64,000 nucleotides of DNA from a virus. The position numbers and the translations under genes were made by a program. Below, one piece after another: positions 46,154 to 57,000 of the stretch. The notes below the pieces were generated by a model. That model searched no databases, was not told the origin of the DNA, and was given only the letters and a program-made list of their open reading frames with translations. The stretch lies in IMG/VR virus record IMGVR_UViG_3300001605_000008, positions 64,001 to 128,000 of that record. One strand, written 5' to 3'. Numbering within the stretch: the stretch's first letter is position 1; every line of letters begins with the position of its first letter.

Positions 46154-47638
46154 ATGTCCAGCCAAGCTCAATTACAAGCTCAACTTGATGCTACTAACAC
46201 AGCATTAAACATACTACAGGTCAGTGCAAACCAAGGCAATCTGACGCCGGAGCAATCGCGAGCAGTACAGGCGCAGATATCCCAACTCCAACAACAAAAA
46301 TCAAGCATAGAAATCCAGCTGAGAGATCTTAACACCGCTGGCAATCCACCAGACCCTCAGGTACCGTCTGCAACCACGGATCCACAGGCCCTGGCGATAA
46401 TACGAGCAAGCCCGGGTGCCGTGGGAGTTGCCGGTGCCCCGGATCAAGCGCCCTTGGCCACCCCACAACAGTCCGCGGCAGCAGATCCCCAGGCCAATAC
46501 CTTTGTGTTTGATGAAAATGGTGAGTTGGTACCTGCAGATTCAGCCACGGCCCAACGGATACTGGCTGAGCAAGCCCGGGTACAGAATGCCGCACCACAA
46601 CCGATATCCACTTTCACCACGTCGTTCAATCCCGAAACCGGATTATATGATGTGGTGGATCTACAAACCGGCGAGATTGTGTTGTCTGATCGCAGCGAGC
46701 AGGATGCTACATTGTTTGCCGAAGAAGCCAACACCGTGGGCGTGCCCGAAGCTCGTGGCATAGACATCACTCGACAAGAAGATTTTTCCACCGCGATACA
46801 AACCGCGGCAGAAGCAACACGCTTGAATGCGCAGGCACAGCAAGCCCGAGAACAACAACGCAAGCAAGCCAACGATGGTGACTGGCGTGTGCGACTGCGC
46901 CTGGCACCCAATGCCACTTATCTCTACAATGCCGAGGAAGTGGGTCCGTTGTTACAACCGCTCAAGGCCACGGACGGCGTGGTGTTTCCTTATACGCCGC
47001 AGATCGTGCAGGCCTATCGCGCCAATTACAGCAGTTATGATCTCACACATTCCAACTATCGTGGATACTTTTATCAGAACAGCTATCTCGACGACATACA
47101 ACTTAATGCCACGTTTACTGCTCAGGACACCGCCGAAGCCAACTATCTCTTGGCAGTGCTGACTTTTTTCAAATCTGTTACCAAGATGTTCTATGGCCAA
47201 GACGGCAATCGCGGCACACCACCACCCATGGTGTTCCTCCAAGGACTGGGCAGATATCAGTTCAATCTCAATCCCTGTGTGGTAGCGCAGTTCAACTACA
47301 CCTTGCCCAATGACGTGGACTACATACGTGCTCTCAGTCCCAACATCAATGGCACCAACTTGCTGAATCGTCGGTCGCGCCAGTCCTTGCCTACCAATCC
47401 CTTTAGTTCGGCTGTGTCGCGCATAGAAAATCTTTTAAAACCACAACTGGGCAACGGTCTCACTTCTGCTGCACCTCCTGCTGCACCCACCCTGGGCACC
47501 AACTCTCCCACTTATGTGCCCACCAAGATCGACATTAGCCTGATCTTGCACCCCATGCAAAGTCGCCAACAGGTCAGTCAAGAGTTCAGCCTCAGAGACT
47601 ATGCCAGCGGCAGCTTGATTGAAAAAGGATTCTGGTAA
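46154..47638 (+). CDS. Baseplate/tail-tube initiator-like protein (gp48/gp54 or CIS-tube-like) with Gln/Ala-rich N-terminus
   Basis: DWRVRL, GVVFPYTP, FFKSVTKMFYG, PPPMV, VVAQFNYTLPNDVDY, PTKIDISLIL. Confidence 0.55.
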   Translation: MSSQAQLQAQLDATNTALNILQVSANQGNLTPEQSRAVQAQISQLQQQKSSIEIQLRDLNTAGNPPDPQVPSATTDPQALAIIRASPGAVGVAGAPDQAPLATPQQSAAADPQANTFVFDENGELVPADSATAQRILAEQARVQNAAPQPISTFTTSFNPETGLYDVVDLQTGEIVLSDRSEQDATLFAEEANTVGVPEARGIDITRQEDFSTAIQTAAEATRLNAQAQQAREQQRKQANDGDWRVRLRLAPNATYLYNAEEVGPLLQPLKATDGVVFPYTPQIVQAYRANYSSYDLTHSNYRGYFYQNSYLDDIQLNATFTAQDTAEANYLLAVLTFFKSVTKMFYGQDGNRGTPPPMVFLQGLGRYQFNLNPCVVAQFNYTLPNDVDYIRALSPNINGTNLLNRRSRQSLPTNPFSSAVSRIENLLKPQLGNGLTSAAPPAAPTLGTNSPTYVPTKIDISLILHPMQSRQQVSQEFSLRDYASGSLIEKGFW

Positions 47639-47940
47639 TGGCCGCACAATACGATACCACCAGCCCGTATTTTACCACGGGATTTTCCCAGTTCTTCTTG
47701 GATGTCATGACCAATCGTGCCATACCCCGAGACGCCGATGACAAACTTTTCACCATCGTGGAGACCTATCAGTACAGACCTGACATGCTGGCCCTGGACC
47801 TCTACAACAATTCCGGACTTTGGTGGGTGTTCTATCAACGCAATCCCAACGCTCTCACAGCACCGCCCTGGGACTTTGAAGCCGGTGTGCAGATATATCT
47901 TCCCAAGATCGCTACCTTGAGATCTGTGCTGGGGTTTTAA
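47638..47940 (+). CDS. gp53: Baseplate wedge gp53-like (LysM-like) protein
   Basis: YQYRPDMLALDLYNNSGLWWVF..N motif. Confidence 0.7.
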   Translation: MAAQYDTTSPYFTTGFSQFFLDVMTNRAIPRDADDKLFTIVETYQYRPDMLALDLYNNSGLWWVFYQRNPNALTAPPWDFEAGVQIYLPKIATLRSVLGF

Positions 47941-47943
47941 TCC

Positions 47944-50900
47944 ATGGCATCTATCGCAGCTCTAGAAGCACAGCGTGATCAGGTACTCCAGGAGATCCGG
48001 GCTCTTGTAACCAGCAACGAAGAACGTCGCCGTGCCATTGCCGCAGATAGATTAAAGATACAATCTTCTTCGTCTCCGGAAGAGATAGGAAGATTGGAAC
48101 TGAACATCCGCACACTGGAAGCTGGAATACGTGTGACCCAGGCCTCCATAGCAAGATTAGAATCCCTGTTGGCAGAGATCAATGCGGAGATCGCTCTTCT
48201 CAGAGGCCTCCCTGCACAAAGCACCGGAGAAACAGTCAAGCAAGCCCAAGGTGCCCGAGATGATGGAGCAACTGTAACAGCACCACCGGGTGCTCCCCTG
48301 GCAGCCACAGCCGACGGAACCGTCACTAGCATAGTATCAAAGGTGCCTTCAACAGCGCAACCCTTTCGCACAGCGCTAGACATTGGTCTTGACAATGCCC
48401 TGCGTCCCAATCTAGGGATACAGAGTTATCAGAATATCGCTGATACTGGTGCTTTACTGCCCAATTCCAGCACAGGTCGCCCTGGTGCCAATGCCAGTAA
48501 CACCGGAGCAGCTCCCGGTGATGATGCTCGTGGTGACAATTCTACACGTTCGCTGTTGCGGGATCTCTTTGGCGACACCAAGCAGTTACCGGCACAGCCC
48601 AATGTATTAGATCAGTTTGCCAGTTACACCTACAGCATCAGCTTGTATCTCATGAACAAAGAGCAGTATACTCGCCAGTTGTTGAACAAGAAGAAAATCC
48701 TCTCGGGATATACCTTGTTGATACAAAGCGGTGGTGCTCCCAACAACACTACATCTTACACGCCCCAGGCCACTGAAGTAAATGATCCCGGAGAGATCCC
48801 CGGTGTCACTGCGTTCAGCGCTGCCAGTGGCGACGGCCGCAATCCTTATTTTGGTCTTGATTACTACATCGACGATGTGAAACTGCGCAGCGTGGTGCAA
48901 GGTCGCGGTAGCCGTGCTGCACACAATGTAGTTGAGCTCAACTTCAAGATCACCGAGCCCAACGGCATCACCCTGATCGACAATCTCTACAAAGCCGTGC
49001 AGCAATACATCAACACCGAGCCAGGCCGTCCCGTGAACTATGCCGCACAGAACTATCTCATGGTGATTAGATTTTACGGATATGATCAATACGGTAGCTT
49101 GATAAATCCCAAGCGCACTCTGGGTCAAACCACCGACGCCAATGCTATACTGGAAAAATGGATACCATTCCAGTTCACGGGCATACAGTTCAGGATAGCC
49201 AATCAGATCGTGGAATACAACTGCACAGCCGTGGGCGTGCAAAATCTAGCATCCACACAGCAGCGCAACACCATACCTTACAACGTGGAACTCACGGCCA
49301 GTACTCTCCGAGATCTGTTGTCGGGTTCGGCGTCGTTCCGAGGTGGCGCTGCCAATGAACAAGTGCAAGAAGGCGCCACGGCATCGGGACTACCACGTGA
49401 GGCTCGCGGAGTAGCAGCACCAGTAAGCGCAGTGGATCAAGTTGCTGCCATCACACGTGCTGGTGTGGCCCAAACAGCTCCACCCAAGGCCGATGCTGCT
49501 CCCAAGACCAACACTCCCAAGACGATTTCCAAGGGACTGGTGGATGCGTTAAACAAATATCAAGATGAGCTAGTGGCAGAAAAAAGATACGAGAAACCAG
49601 ATCGGTTTGAGATCATATTCAAAGTACCACAGATGGCCGATGCCAAGGTGTTGCCGGCTGGTCCCATAGATAAAAAGAAACCGCCCATGATCCAGACCCA
49701 GGATCCGCAGCAGGCCAAGGACGGTGCCCGGCAAAGCAATGATTTCACCAGTCAGAACAAAAGTATCTTGGCCGGAACCACGATCATGCAGTTCCTGGAC
49801 CAGGTCTTGAGGAACAGCAGTTATGTCACTGACCAGCAGCTGGAAAAGTGGAACGAAACACTGAAGAAATATGTGCCCAATGGCCAGGCCATACCCGAAA
49901 CTGCATGGTACACCATAACCATGCAGGCCATGCCCTTAGAATATGATTTCAAGCGACATGACTATGCTTACAAGTTTACCTATCAAATATCGCCGTATCT
50001 GGTTACAGACCTCAAGAGCCAGTATTTTGCGGCCAGCCAGCCCTGGGTGCCACCCAAGCGATACGCCTATTGGTTTACCGGCCAAAATACTTCGGTGCTG
50101 AATTTCACCCAGGACTACAACTATCTCTACTACGTCGCTTTAACCGGGCCCAACGCACCAGATCGCACAGTGTTCACAGATTATCGTACTTTTGACAAAG
50201 CCGGCAGCCAGACACGCAGCAACGAAGCCGATCAAGGCCAAAGCGGGCCAGTGTTTGAAGCACCGGCCAATGCCGCTGACAGTTTATATAGTCCCGGTGA
50301 CACTGTGAGAGCCAAGATGACCATCGTGGGCGATCCTGACTGGATACAACAAGGAGATCTCTGGGCCGGCGTGTCGGGTCCTGTAGGCAATGATTCGCAG
50401 GATTTCAACACTACTTTGCCTGATGGCAGTTTGAATTTTGAAACACGCGAACCCATCTTTGAAATACTGTTCAACAAACCCGTAGACTATGATCTCAATA
50501 CCGGCGTCATAGATGCGACCAAAAAAAATCTCACGGTGATCGGCAAGGATGGCAAACAAACCACGGATCCCGAGATCAGCTATGTGTACCGGGCCTACTT
50601 TGTAGACAGCATCTTCAGCAAAGGCAAGTTTGTGCAAGATATCGAAGGTGCGCAGGTGTTCTTCCGTAAACCATCAACTGCGAATACCGACACAGCACGG
50701 GAAAGTTCTCGGGGTGCTGCTGTTGGTTCGCCTGGAAACGAACAAGCATCTGTTCGGCGAGTAGACAATGCCATCGCCGCACAAAACGTTCGTGCCACAG
50801 ACTGGGCTACGGGATATCTAGATAAACTACCTACCGGAGCCAGGACCGACAGCATGGCCGCGAGACTGGCAGGTCAATCCACTGCGGCCAGCACCCTGTT

Positions 50901-51258
50901 ACCAGCAGCATCGGCTCAAGCCCCCACCAGCAACGGACAAGCGGTGGGTACTGCGGCACCTGTGCCCTTGTTGAATCCACCGGCTGCTCCGGGATCAGCA
51001 CCGGCTCTGGGGTCGTTCTCATCGTTGAACACTGCTCCAGTTACAGGGTCGGTATTTTCAGCCACAGCATCATCTGGTCTGACAGACACACAGAGAGCGA
51101 TCATACGGTTGACCTCCGAACAAGAACAAGCTCAAGCCCGCGGTAATTTCGCTGAATCTGTGAGATTAGGCAGTGAGATACGTAGATTGCAATCGCAACT
51201 TTTGCTTGAATCACCGCCAACCCCGGTAACTAGAACACAGAGCATAGTCAAAGACTAG
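47944..51258 (+). CDS. Large baseplate hub-like protein (gp27-like position)
   Basis: 1104 aa between gp53 and gp5; NVLDQFASYTY, AKMTIVGDPDWI, SIFSKGKFVQ motifs. Confidence 0.5.
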   Translation: MASIAALEAQRDQVLQEIRALVTSNEERRRAIAADRLKIQSSSSPEEIGRLELNIRTLEAGIRVTQASIARLESLLAEINAEIALLRGLPAQSTGETVKQAQGARDDGATVTAPPGAPLAATADGTVTSIVSKVPSTAQPFRTALDIGLDNALRPNLGIQSYQNIADTGALLPNSSTGRPGANASNTGAAPGDDARGDNSTRSLLRDLFGDTKQLPAQPNVLDQFASYTYSISLYLMNKEQYTRQLLNKKKILSGYTLLIQSGGAPNNTTSYTPQATEVNDPGEIPGVTAFSAASGDGRNPYFGLDYYIDDVKLRSVVQGRGSRAAHNVVELNFKITEPNGITLIDNLYKAVQQYINTEPGRPVNYAAQNYLMVIRFYGYDQYGSLINPKRTLGQTTDANAILEKWIPFQFTGIQFRIANQIVEYNCTAVGVQNLASTQQRNTIPYNVELTASTLRDLLSGSASFRGGAANEQVQEGATASGLPREARGVAAPVSAVDQVAAITRAGVAQTAPPKADAAPKTNTPKTISKGLVDALNKYQDELVAEKRYEKPDRFEIIFKVPQMADAKVLPAGPIDKKKPPMIQTQDPQQAKDGARQSNDFTSQNKSILAGTTIMQFLDQVLRNSSYVTDQQLEKWNETLKKYVPNGQAIPETAWYTITMQAMPLEYDFKRHDYAYKFTYQISPYLVTDLKSQYFAASQPWVPPKRYAYWFTGQNTSVLNFTQDYNYLYYVALTGPNAPDRTVFTDYRTFDKAGSQTRSNEADQGQSGPVFEAPANAADSLYSPGDTVRAKMTIVGDPDWIQQGDLWAGVSGPVGNDSQDFNTTLPDGSLNFETREPIFEILFNKPVDYDLNTGVIDATKKNLTVIGKDGKQTTDPEISYVYRAYFVDSIFSKGKFVQDIEGAQVFFRKPSTANTDTARESSRGAAVGSPGNEQASVRRVDNAIAAQNVRATDWATGYLDKLPTGARTDSMAARLAGQSTAASTLLPAASAQAPTSNGQAVGTAAPVPLLNPPAAPGSAPALGSFSSLNTAPVTGSVFSATASSGLTDTQRAIIRLTSEQEQAQARGNFAESVRLGSEIRRLQSQLLLESPPTPVTRTQSIVKD

Positions 51259-51266
51259 AGAGAACA

Positions 51267-53582
51267 ATGGCAGACAACATACAAAGAAGTCGTGGACGCG
51301 GTCAAGGATATCGATTTGATCGCGGTGGCACACCCAGCGAGTTTGGTCCGTTTATTGGAGTGGTCAGGAACAACATCGACCCCACACGCAGCGGCCGTCT
51401 CCAGGTGTACATCGAGCAATTCGCCGGCGATGATCCCAACGATCAAACACTATGGCGAACCGTGAGCTATGTGCCACCTTTTTATGGAGTGACCAATCCT
51501 CCACCCGGGGCCGAAAGCGGTGTGGGCACATTCACAACAAATCTACAAAGCTATGGTATGTGGTTTACACCCCCAGACATTGACACCCAGGTCATATGTT
51601 TCTTTGCAGGTGGTGATCCCAATCAAGGCTACTACACCGGCTGTGTTCCTGTGCCAGGCATCAATCACATGTTGCCGGCCATTGGTGCCAGTCGTAAATT
51701 CGAGATCGGCAACTCCGGTCAAAGCAGTTATTTCAAAAAAGCCACACAGCTTCCCGTCACAGAGATCAACGAAGAAAATCCTGCCATATCTGAAGATCCG
51801 AGATTTTTTGATCAGATCAAACCAGTACACAGTTATCTAGCAGCCATACTGCTGCAACAAGGTCTGATCACAGACACAGTGAGAGGCCCCATCACTTCAA
51901 ACAGCCAGCGGGAAAGTCCCAGCGCGGTGTTTGGAATATCCACTCCAGGCAAGGCCATATATCAAGGCGGCCTAGACGAAAAAACCATCAAGCGGCAACT
52001 GGATCGCAACGAACTTCTGCCACAAGACATCAAAGTTATAGCACGTCGCGGTGGTCACTCCATCGTCATGGACGATGGTGATCTCGAAGGCAAAGACAAT
52101 CTCGTGCGCATACGCACAGCCAAGGGCCATCAGATCACCATGAGTGACAACGATGACTGCTTTTACATCATACATGCCAATGGTCAGACCTGGATAGAGT
52201 TTGGCAAGCAAGGTACTGTGGATGTGTTCTCCACCAATTCTGTAAACGTTCGCACCCAAGGCACTATCAATTTGCACGCTGACAAAGATATCAACATGTT
52301 TGCAGGTGGGGCCATCAACATGAAAAGCACCACCATGAAGATGCAGGCCGATGCTACACTGGACATGATTGGCATAGGACAGCTCAAGCTCTACAGCAAG
52401 AATTTTGTTGGCATCAAAAGCGACGGTAGCCTGGGCCTCAAGAGTTCTACTTCTGGATCCTGGGATGCCGGCGCCAGCATGACACTGAAAGCCGGATGTA
52501 TCAATCTCAATTCTGGCGGTGCCGCACCAGTACCAACTCCCACCGAGCTCCGTAGTGTGAATCTCGCGGACGTGGCGTTCAAGAACAATGTTGGGTGGGA
52601 AGTGGAATTTGGCAAGCTCAAGACCATAGTCACGCGAGCACCCACGCATGAACCTTATCCTTATCATAATCAAGGTGTGGCATCAATCACCGAACTAGGC
52701 GAGTCGCCTTTGCAGAGCCTGAGCGCAGCAGCCAAAGGTGTGCTGGGAGGACTCACCAATGTCTTGGTATCCAACGGCATAGACGCATCGGCATTTTTAA
52801 AACAAGGTGTGGCAGAACTCTCTGTGGGCAATCTAGACATCAGCCAAGTCACGGGCCTACTGGCTCAAGCAGCGTCTGATGTAGGCCAGTCATTTGACAC
52901 GATCACCCAGGATTTGGGCATAGGAAAGTTTGGATTCTCGGCCAGTCAGCTGGAAGCAGCGGGATTCTTGAAACCCGGCACGGTACAGAATTTCTTGCAA
53001 GATCCTGCGCAGTTAGAAAACATATTGAAAAGTGCATCGGTCTGGACCGGAAAAGACGGTGTTGGTAATCTTGCTAGTTTGTTGCTGGATCCCAAGCTTC
53101 AAGATCTCACACAAAATGAAATAATGGTCACAGCACTTGATGGTTTGAAATCTGTGGGAATCGTTACTGGCAATGAATCGCCCCAGGACCTGGCTTCGTT
53201 TGTGCAGGTAGCAGCAAAGTTTGGAGTAGATACCACAGCACAATGGATACAAAACAACGCTCCTGCGGATCTCGTGAATCAGATAAACACCGTGGCCAAA
53301 AATGCACAGTATGCCGTGAATTTCGTGGACACTCGTGCCTCCGAACTCGTGACCAAAAGCGTGCAAATTGGTGGATTTACAGGAACCGTGGTGAGAGACG
53401 GTGTGGACCAAGCCGTGGCCAGCATCATCAGCAATCCCAAGGTACCTTTGCCGGATTTCACCGGTGGATTATACAGCAGCACACCTGACAGCAGTCTCAC
53501 CTACAGCGGAGATGATCCCATGGTGCTGGCACGAATAAATCAAGAACGAGTGCGTAGAGGACTGCCACCGTTGTCAGGGTAA
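51267..53582 (+). CDS. gp5: Baseplate central spike gp5/VgrG-like with C-terminal extension
   Basis: OB-fold (GVVRNNIDPTRSGRLQVYI, YGMWFTPPDI..VICFF), GGHSIVMDD, RTAKGHQITMSD, beta-helix repeats. Confidence 0.75.
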   Translation: MADNIQRSRGRGQGYRFDRGGTPSEFGPFIGVVRNNIDPTRSGRLQVYIEQFAGDDPNDQTLWRTVSYVPPFYGVTNPPPGAESGVGTFTTNLQSYGMWFTPPDIDTQVICFFAGGDPNQGYYTGCVPVPGINHMLPAIGASRKFEIGNSGQSSYFKKATQLPVTEINEENPAISEDPRFFDQIKPVHSYLAAILLQQGLITDTVRGPITSNSQRESPSAVFGISTPGKAIYQGGLDEKTIKRQLDRNELLPQDIKVIARRGGHSIVMDDGDLEGKDNLVRIRTAKGHQITMSDNDDCFYIIHANGQTWIEFGKQGTVDVFSTNSVNVRTQGTINLHADKDINMFAGGAINMKSTTMKMQADATLDMIGIGQLKLYSKNFVGIKSDGSLGLKSSTSGSWDAGASMTLKAGCINLNSGGAAPVPTPTELRSVNLADVAFKNNVGWEVEFGKLKTIVTRAPTHEPYPYHNQGVASITELGESPLQSLSAAAKGVLGGLTNVLVSNGIDASAFLKQGVAELSVGNLDISQVTGLLAQAASDVGQSFDTITQDLGIGKFGFSASQLEAAGFLKPGTVQNFLQDPAQLENILKSASVWTGKDGVGNLASLLLDPKLQDLTQNEIMVTALDGLKSVGIVTGNESPQDLASFVQVAAKFGVDTTAQWIQNNAPADLVNQINTVAKNAQYAVNFVDTRASELVTKSVQIGGFTGTVVRDGVDQAVASIISNPKVPLPDFTGGLYSSTPDSSLTYSGDDPMVLARINQERVRRGLPPLSG

Positions 53583-53590
53583 ATACATCT

Positions 53591-53965
53591 ATGCCTATAT
53601 TCATTGGATTCAACACTATCAATCAATACAAAAAGTTCACGCTCACGGACTTTGAACTGATCAAGCGCGACCTAGCCAATGCTTTTAACATACAGCAAGG
53701 CGAGCTTCCGGGTCGGCCCGAGTACGGCACCACACTGTGGAGTTTTATATTTGAAAATCAACTGGAACTCACGCGGAATCAGATCCTGGCAGAAATACAG
53801 AGAGTGGCCTCGCAGGATCCCAGGATCGTGATCAGTGACGTATCCGTGTACCCACAAGACAACGGCATGCTGATAGAAGTTGAACTGCAAACAGTTGCCA
53901 GTGCCACAGCTGAGCGCTTGGCTTTGTTTTTTGACGCTACCACCCGCCGCGCCACTCTGGCGTAA
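53591..53965 (+). CDS. gp25: Baseplate wedge subunit gp25-like
   Basis: LIKRDLANAFNIQQGE..RPEYGT.LW.FIFE, DPRI; TAAATA at 53580-53585. Confidence 0.85.
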   Translation: MPIFIGFNTINQYKKFTLTDFELIKRDLANAFNIQQGELPGRPEYGTTLWSFIFENQLELTRNQILAEIQRVASQDPRIVISDVSVYPQDNGMLIEVELQTVASATAERLALFFDATTRRATLA

Positions 53966-54014
53966 AACTACGTGGTTTTTACGCACCATAAATACTTGAT
54001 GATGGTGAGAGACA

Positions 54015-57000
54015 ATGCCTAAGACCACGAGACAAACAGCGATTTTTGGTGTAGAAGACTGGAAAAGATTCTACCAGACCTATCGCGAAGCCGATTTCCA
54101 AAGTTATGATTTTGAAACCCTGCGCAAGAGTTTCGTGGACTATCTGCGCTTGTACTATCCCGAAACATTCAACGACTACATAGAATCATCGGAGTTTATC
54201 GCACTCCTGGATGTAATGGCATTCATGGGTCAAGCCCTGGCCTTCCGCAACGATCTCAACGCCAGAGAAAACTTCTTAGACACAGCTGAACGCAGAGATT
54301 CAGTGGTACGCCTGGCCAACTTGGTGAGCTATACTCCCAAGCGCAATCAACCTGCACAAGGTTACCTCAAGGTGTTTTCAGTGTCAACCACGGAAAATAT
54401 CACAGATTACAACAATATCAATCTTTCCAACGTCACAGTGGACTGGAATGATCCCACCAACCCCAACTGGTTGGAACAGTTCACACAGATCATCAATGCT
54501 GCTCTAGTAGACAGCCAGAAATTTGGTCGCCCAGGCAATCGTCAGGACATCCTGGGAATAGAAACCGCTGAGTACTCTATCAACTTGGTACCAGGGTTCC
54601 TGCCCGTGATACCCTATACTGCCAACGTGGATGGCGTGTCGATGCCATTTGAAGCCACATCTGCTACTACCATGGGCCGTGACTATGTGTACGAACCCGC
54701 ACCCAGACCATCGGGCATCTTTAACATCTTATATCGCAATGATCAGCTGGGTTTTGGTTCCGACAATACCGGTTTCTTTTTCCTGTTCAAGCAAGGCGTG
54801 CTGCAAAATCAAGATTTCAACTTGGCCGAAGCAGTGCCCAATCGCACAGTAAACATCAACATTGAAGGCTGCAATCAGGAAGATCACTGGCTTTACAAAT
54901 TAGACGATGTGGGCAGTATCTCCAGTGAGTGGGAGTTTGTGGAAAGCATCTATGCCGCGGCCGTGGAGCAGTTGGCTCCGGATCAACGCAAGTTGTATTC
55001 TATCACCAGCAGAGCCAACGATCAAATCACCTTGACCTTTGGTGATGGTGTATTTGCTGAAACTCCCGTGGGATTCTTCCGAGCCTATGTTCGCGCCAGC
55101 AACGGCCTTGAGTATATCATCAATCCCGAAGAGATGCAGGCCATCACTTTGCCTATCAGCTATGTGTCGAGATTTGGTCGTATAGAAACCATCACACTCA
55201 CCTGCGGCATAACCGAACCGGTATCAAACGCACAAGCACGTGAAACTCTGGAAGAGATCAAGCAGCGAGCCCCTGCCAGATACTACACCCAGAATCGCAT
55301 GGTCAATGGCGAGGACTACAACAACTTTCCATTCACACGCTACAACTCCATAATCAAAAGCAAGGCTGTAGCACGCAGCTCAGTGGGTACCAGCAGATAC
55401 ATCGATCTCACTGACATCACTGGGAAATATTCCAGCACCAATATCTTTGCATCAGACGGTGTGATATATCGAGAAAATGTCCTGCCCAGTTTTGAATTTG
55501 ACTGGATCAATCGCAACGAGATAGTAGATGTTCTGACCAACTCGGTAGAGCCATTGCTGACGTCGCGTGCAGTGATTCAATTTTACTACAACAACTATCC
55601 CAGACCCGATCTGGCCATAAACAATCTTGCCTGGCAGCAAAGCACCCGTCTGGTCAACGAGACCACGGGATTCTTCTATGCCGGCACAGCACAGTCGCCA
55701 CAGCCCATTGGCATCTACAGCAGCAACAATGCTCGTTATATCACACAAGGCAGCTTGGTTAAATTCGAGCCACCACCAGGATTTTTCTTCGATGCACAGA
55801 ATCGCCTGATAGCTGGTGTACCTACCCGGGCAGATGAAAAACTAGTGATATGGGCAACGATATCCGCAGTGGTACTGGATGGTACAAATCAAGGACTGGG
55901 CAATCTACCCGATGGCACTGGTCCAGTGGCCTTGAATAATTTCGTACCCACGGGTGCGCTGGCCACACAGGTCATACCCAAGTTTGTCACAGATTTTTCT
56001 GCTGAACTCGAAAGATCCATCATCGAACAGATTGAATTATTCCGGAACTTTGGACTTGGATACGACAGCACCGGTTCCATAACCGGCACACCGGGCACCT
56101 GGTATCTGATCACTGCCACAAATCTTCCGCCGATCACCGATGAAGATTTTAGCCTAGGCAATGCTGGCAGTACCTTGGGAACCAATCTAGACGAATCTTG
56201 GCTGATCAAGTTCGTCACAGACGGAGTTGGCTATGTGGTCACCAGCCGTGGGTTAAACTATTATTTTTCCAGCGTGATCCAGACCAGATTTACTTTTGAT
56301 GGCAGCGAAGAAGTCTACGATAGCCGCACCGGCAAGGTCATCAATGATTTCATCAAGGTATTAAAAACCAACAGTCGGCCTGATTCCAGCGAACCTTTGC
56401 CTGGCGATGTGGTCACAGACATCATCGCACAGCCAGTGGAAAGCGACGGCTATGTAAATGATTATCAAGTAGTGATCAGTTACACCGACAGCGATGCCGA
56501 TGGTGTAGCGGACGATCCTGATTTCTTTGATCAGCTGGTGGCACCCAACATCAACCCATCCAGCAAGCTGGTATTTTTCCAGCAGACCACGGATTTTGAT
56601 GATCTCGAGCGTTTCCTACCAGTAGCAGCCGGCGTTATTGTAACGCTTTATGCCACAAAAGATGCGATAGAACTGGTAAAATCAGAGTATCCCAGTGGCC
56701 AGCTGTTCTATGCCACAACCGAAGCCAAATTTTACGAGCTGACCATCACCACGGCCAATGGTGTGATCAATCGTGTGCTGACCCAACGATTTGATTTCAT
56801 CAGTCGTGTGGGCAGACAAGAACTTTATTTCCAGTATCGTCACAACAGTCCCTTGACCAACGTGATTGATCCTGGTGTCACCAACATCATCGACATCTAT
56901 GTGGCCACACAGGGTTATTATACTGCTTATCAAAATTACATCAAAGACACCACTGGTACCGTGCCAGAACCTCCAGTTCCCACTATCAATCAACTGACCA

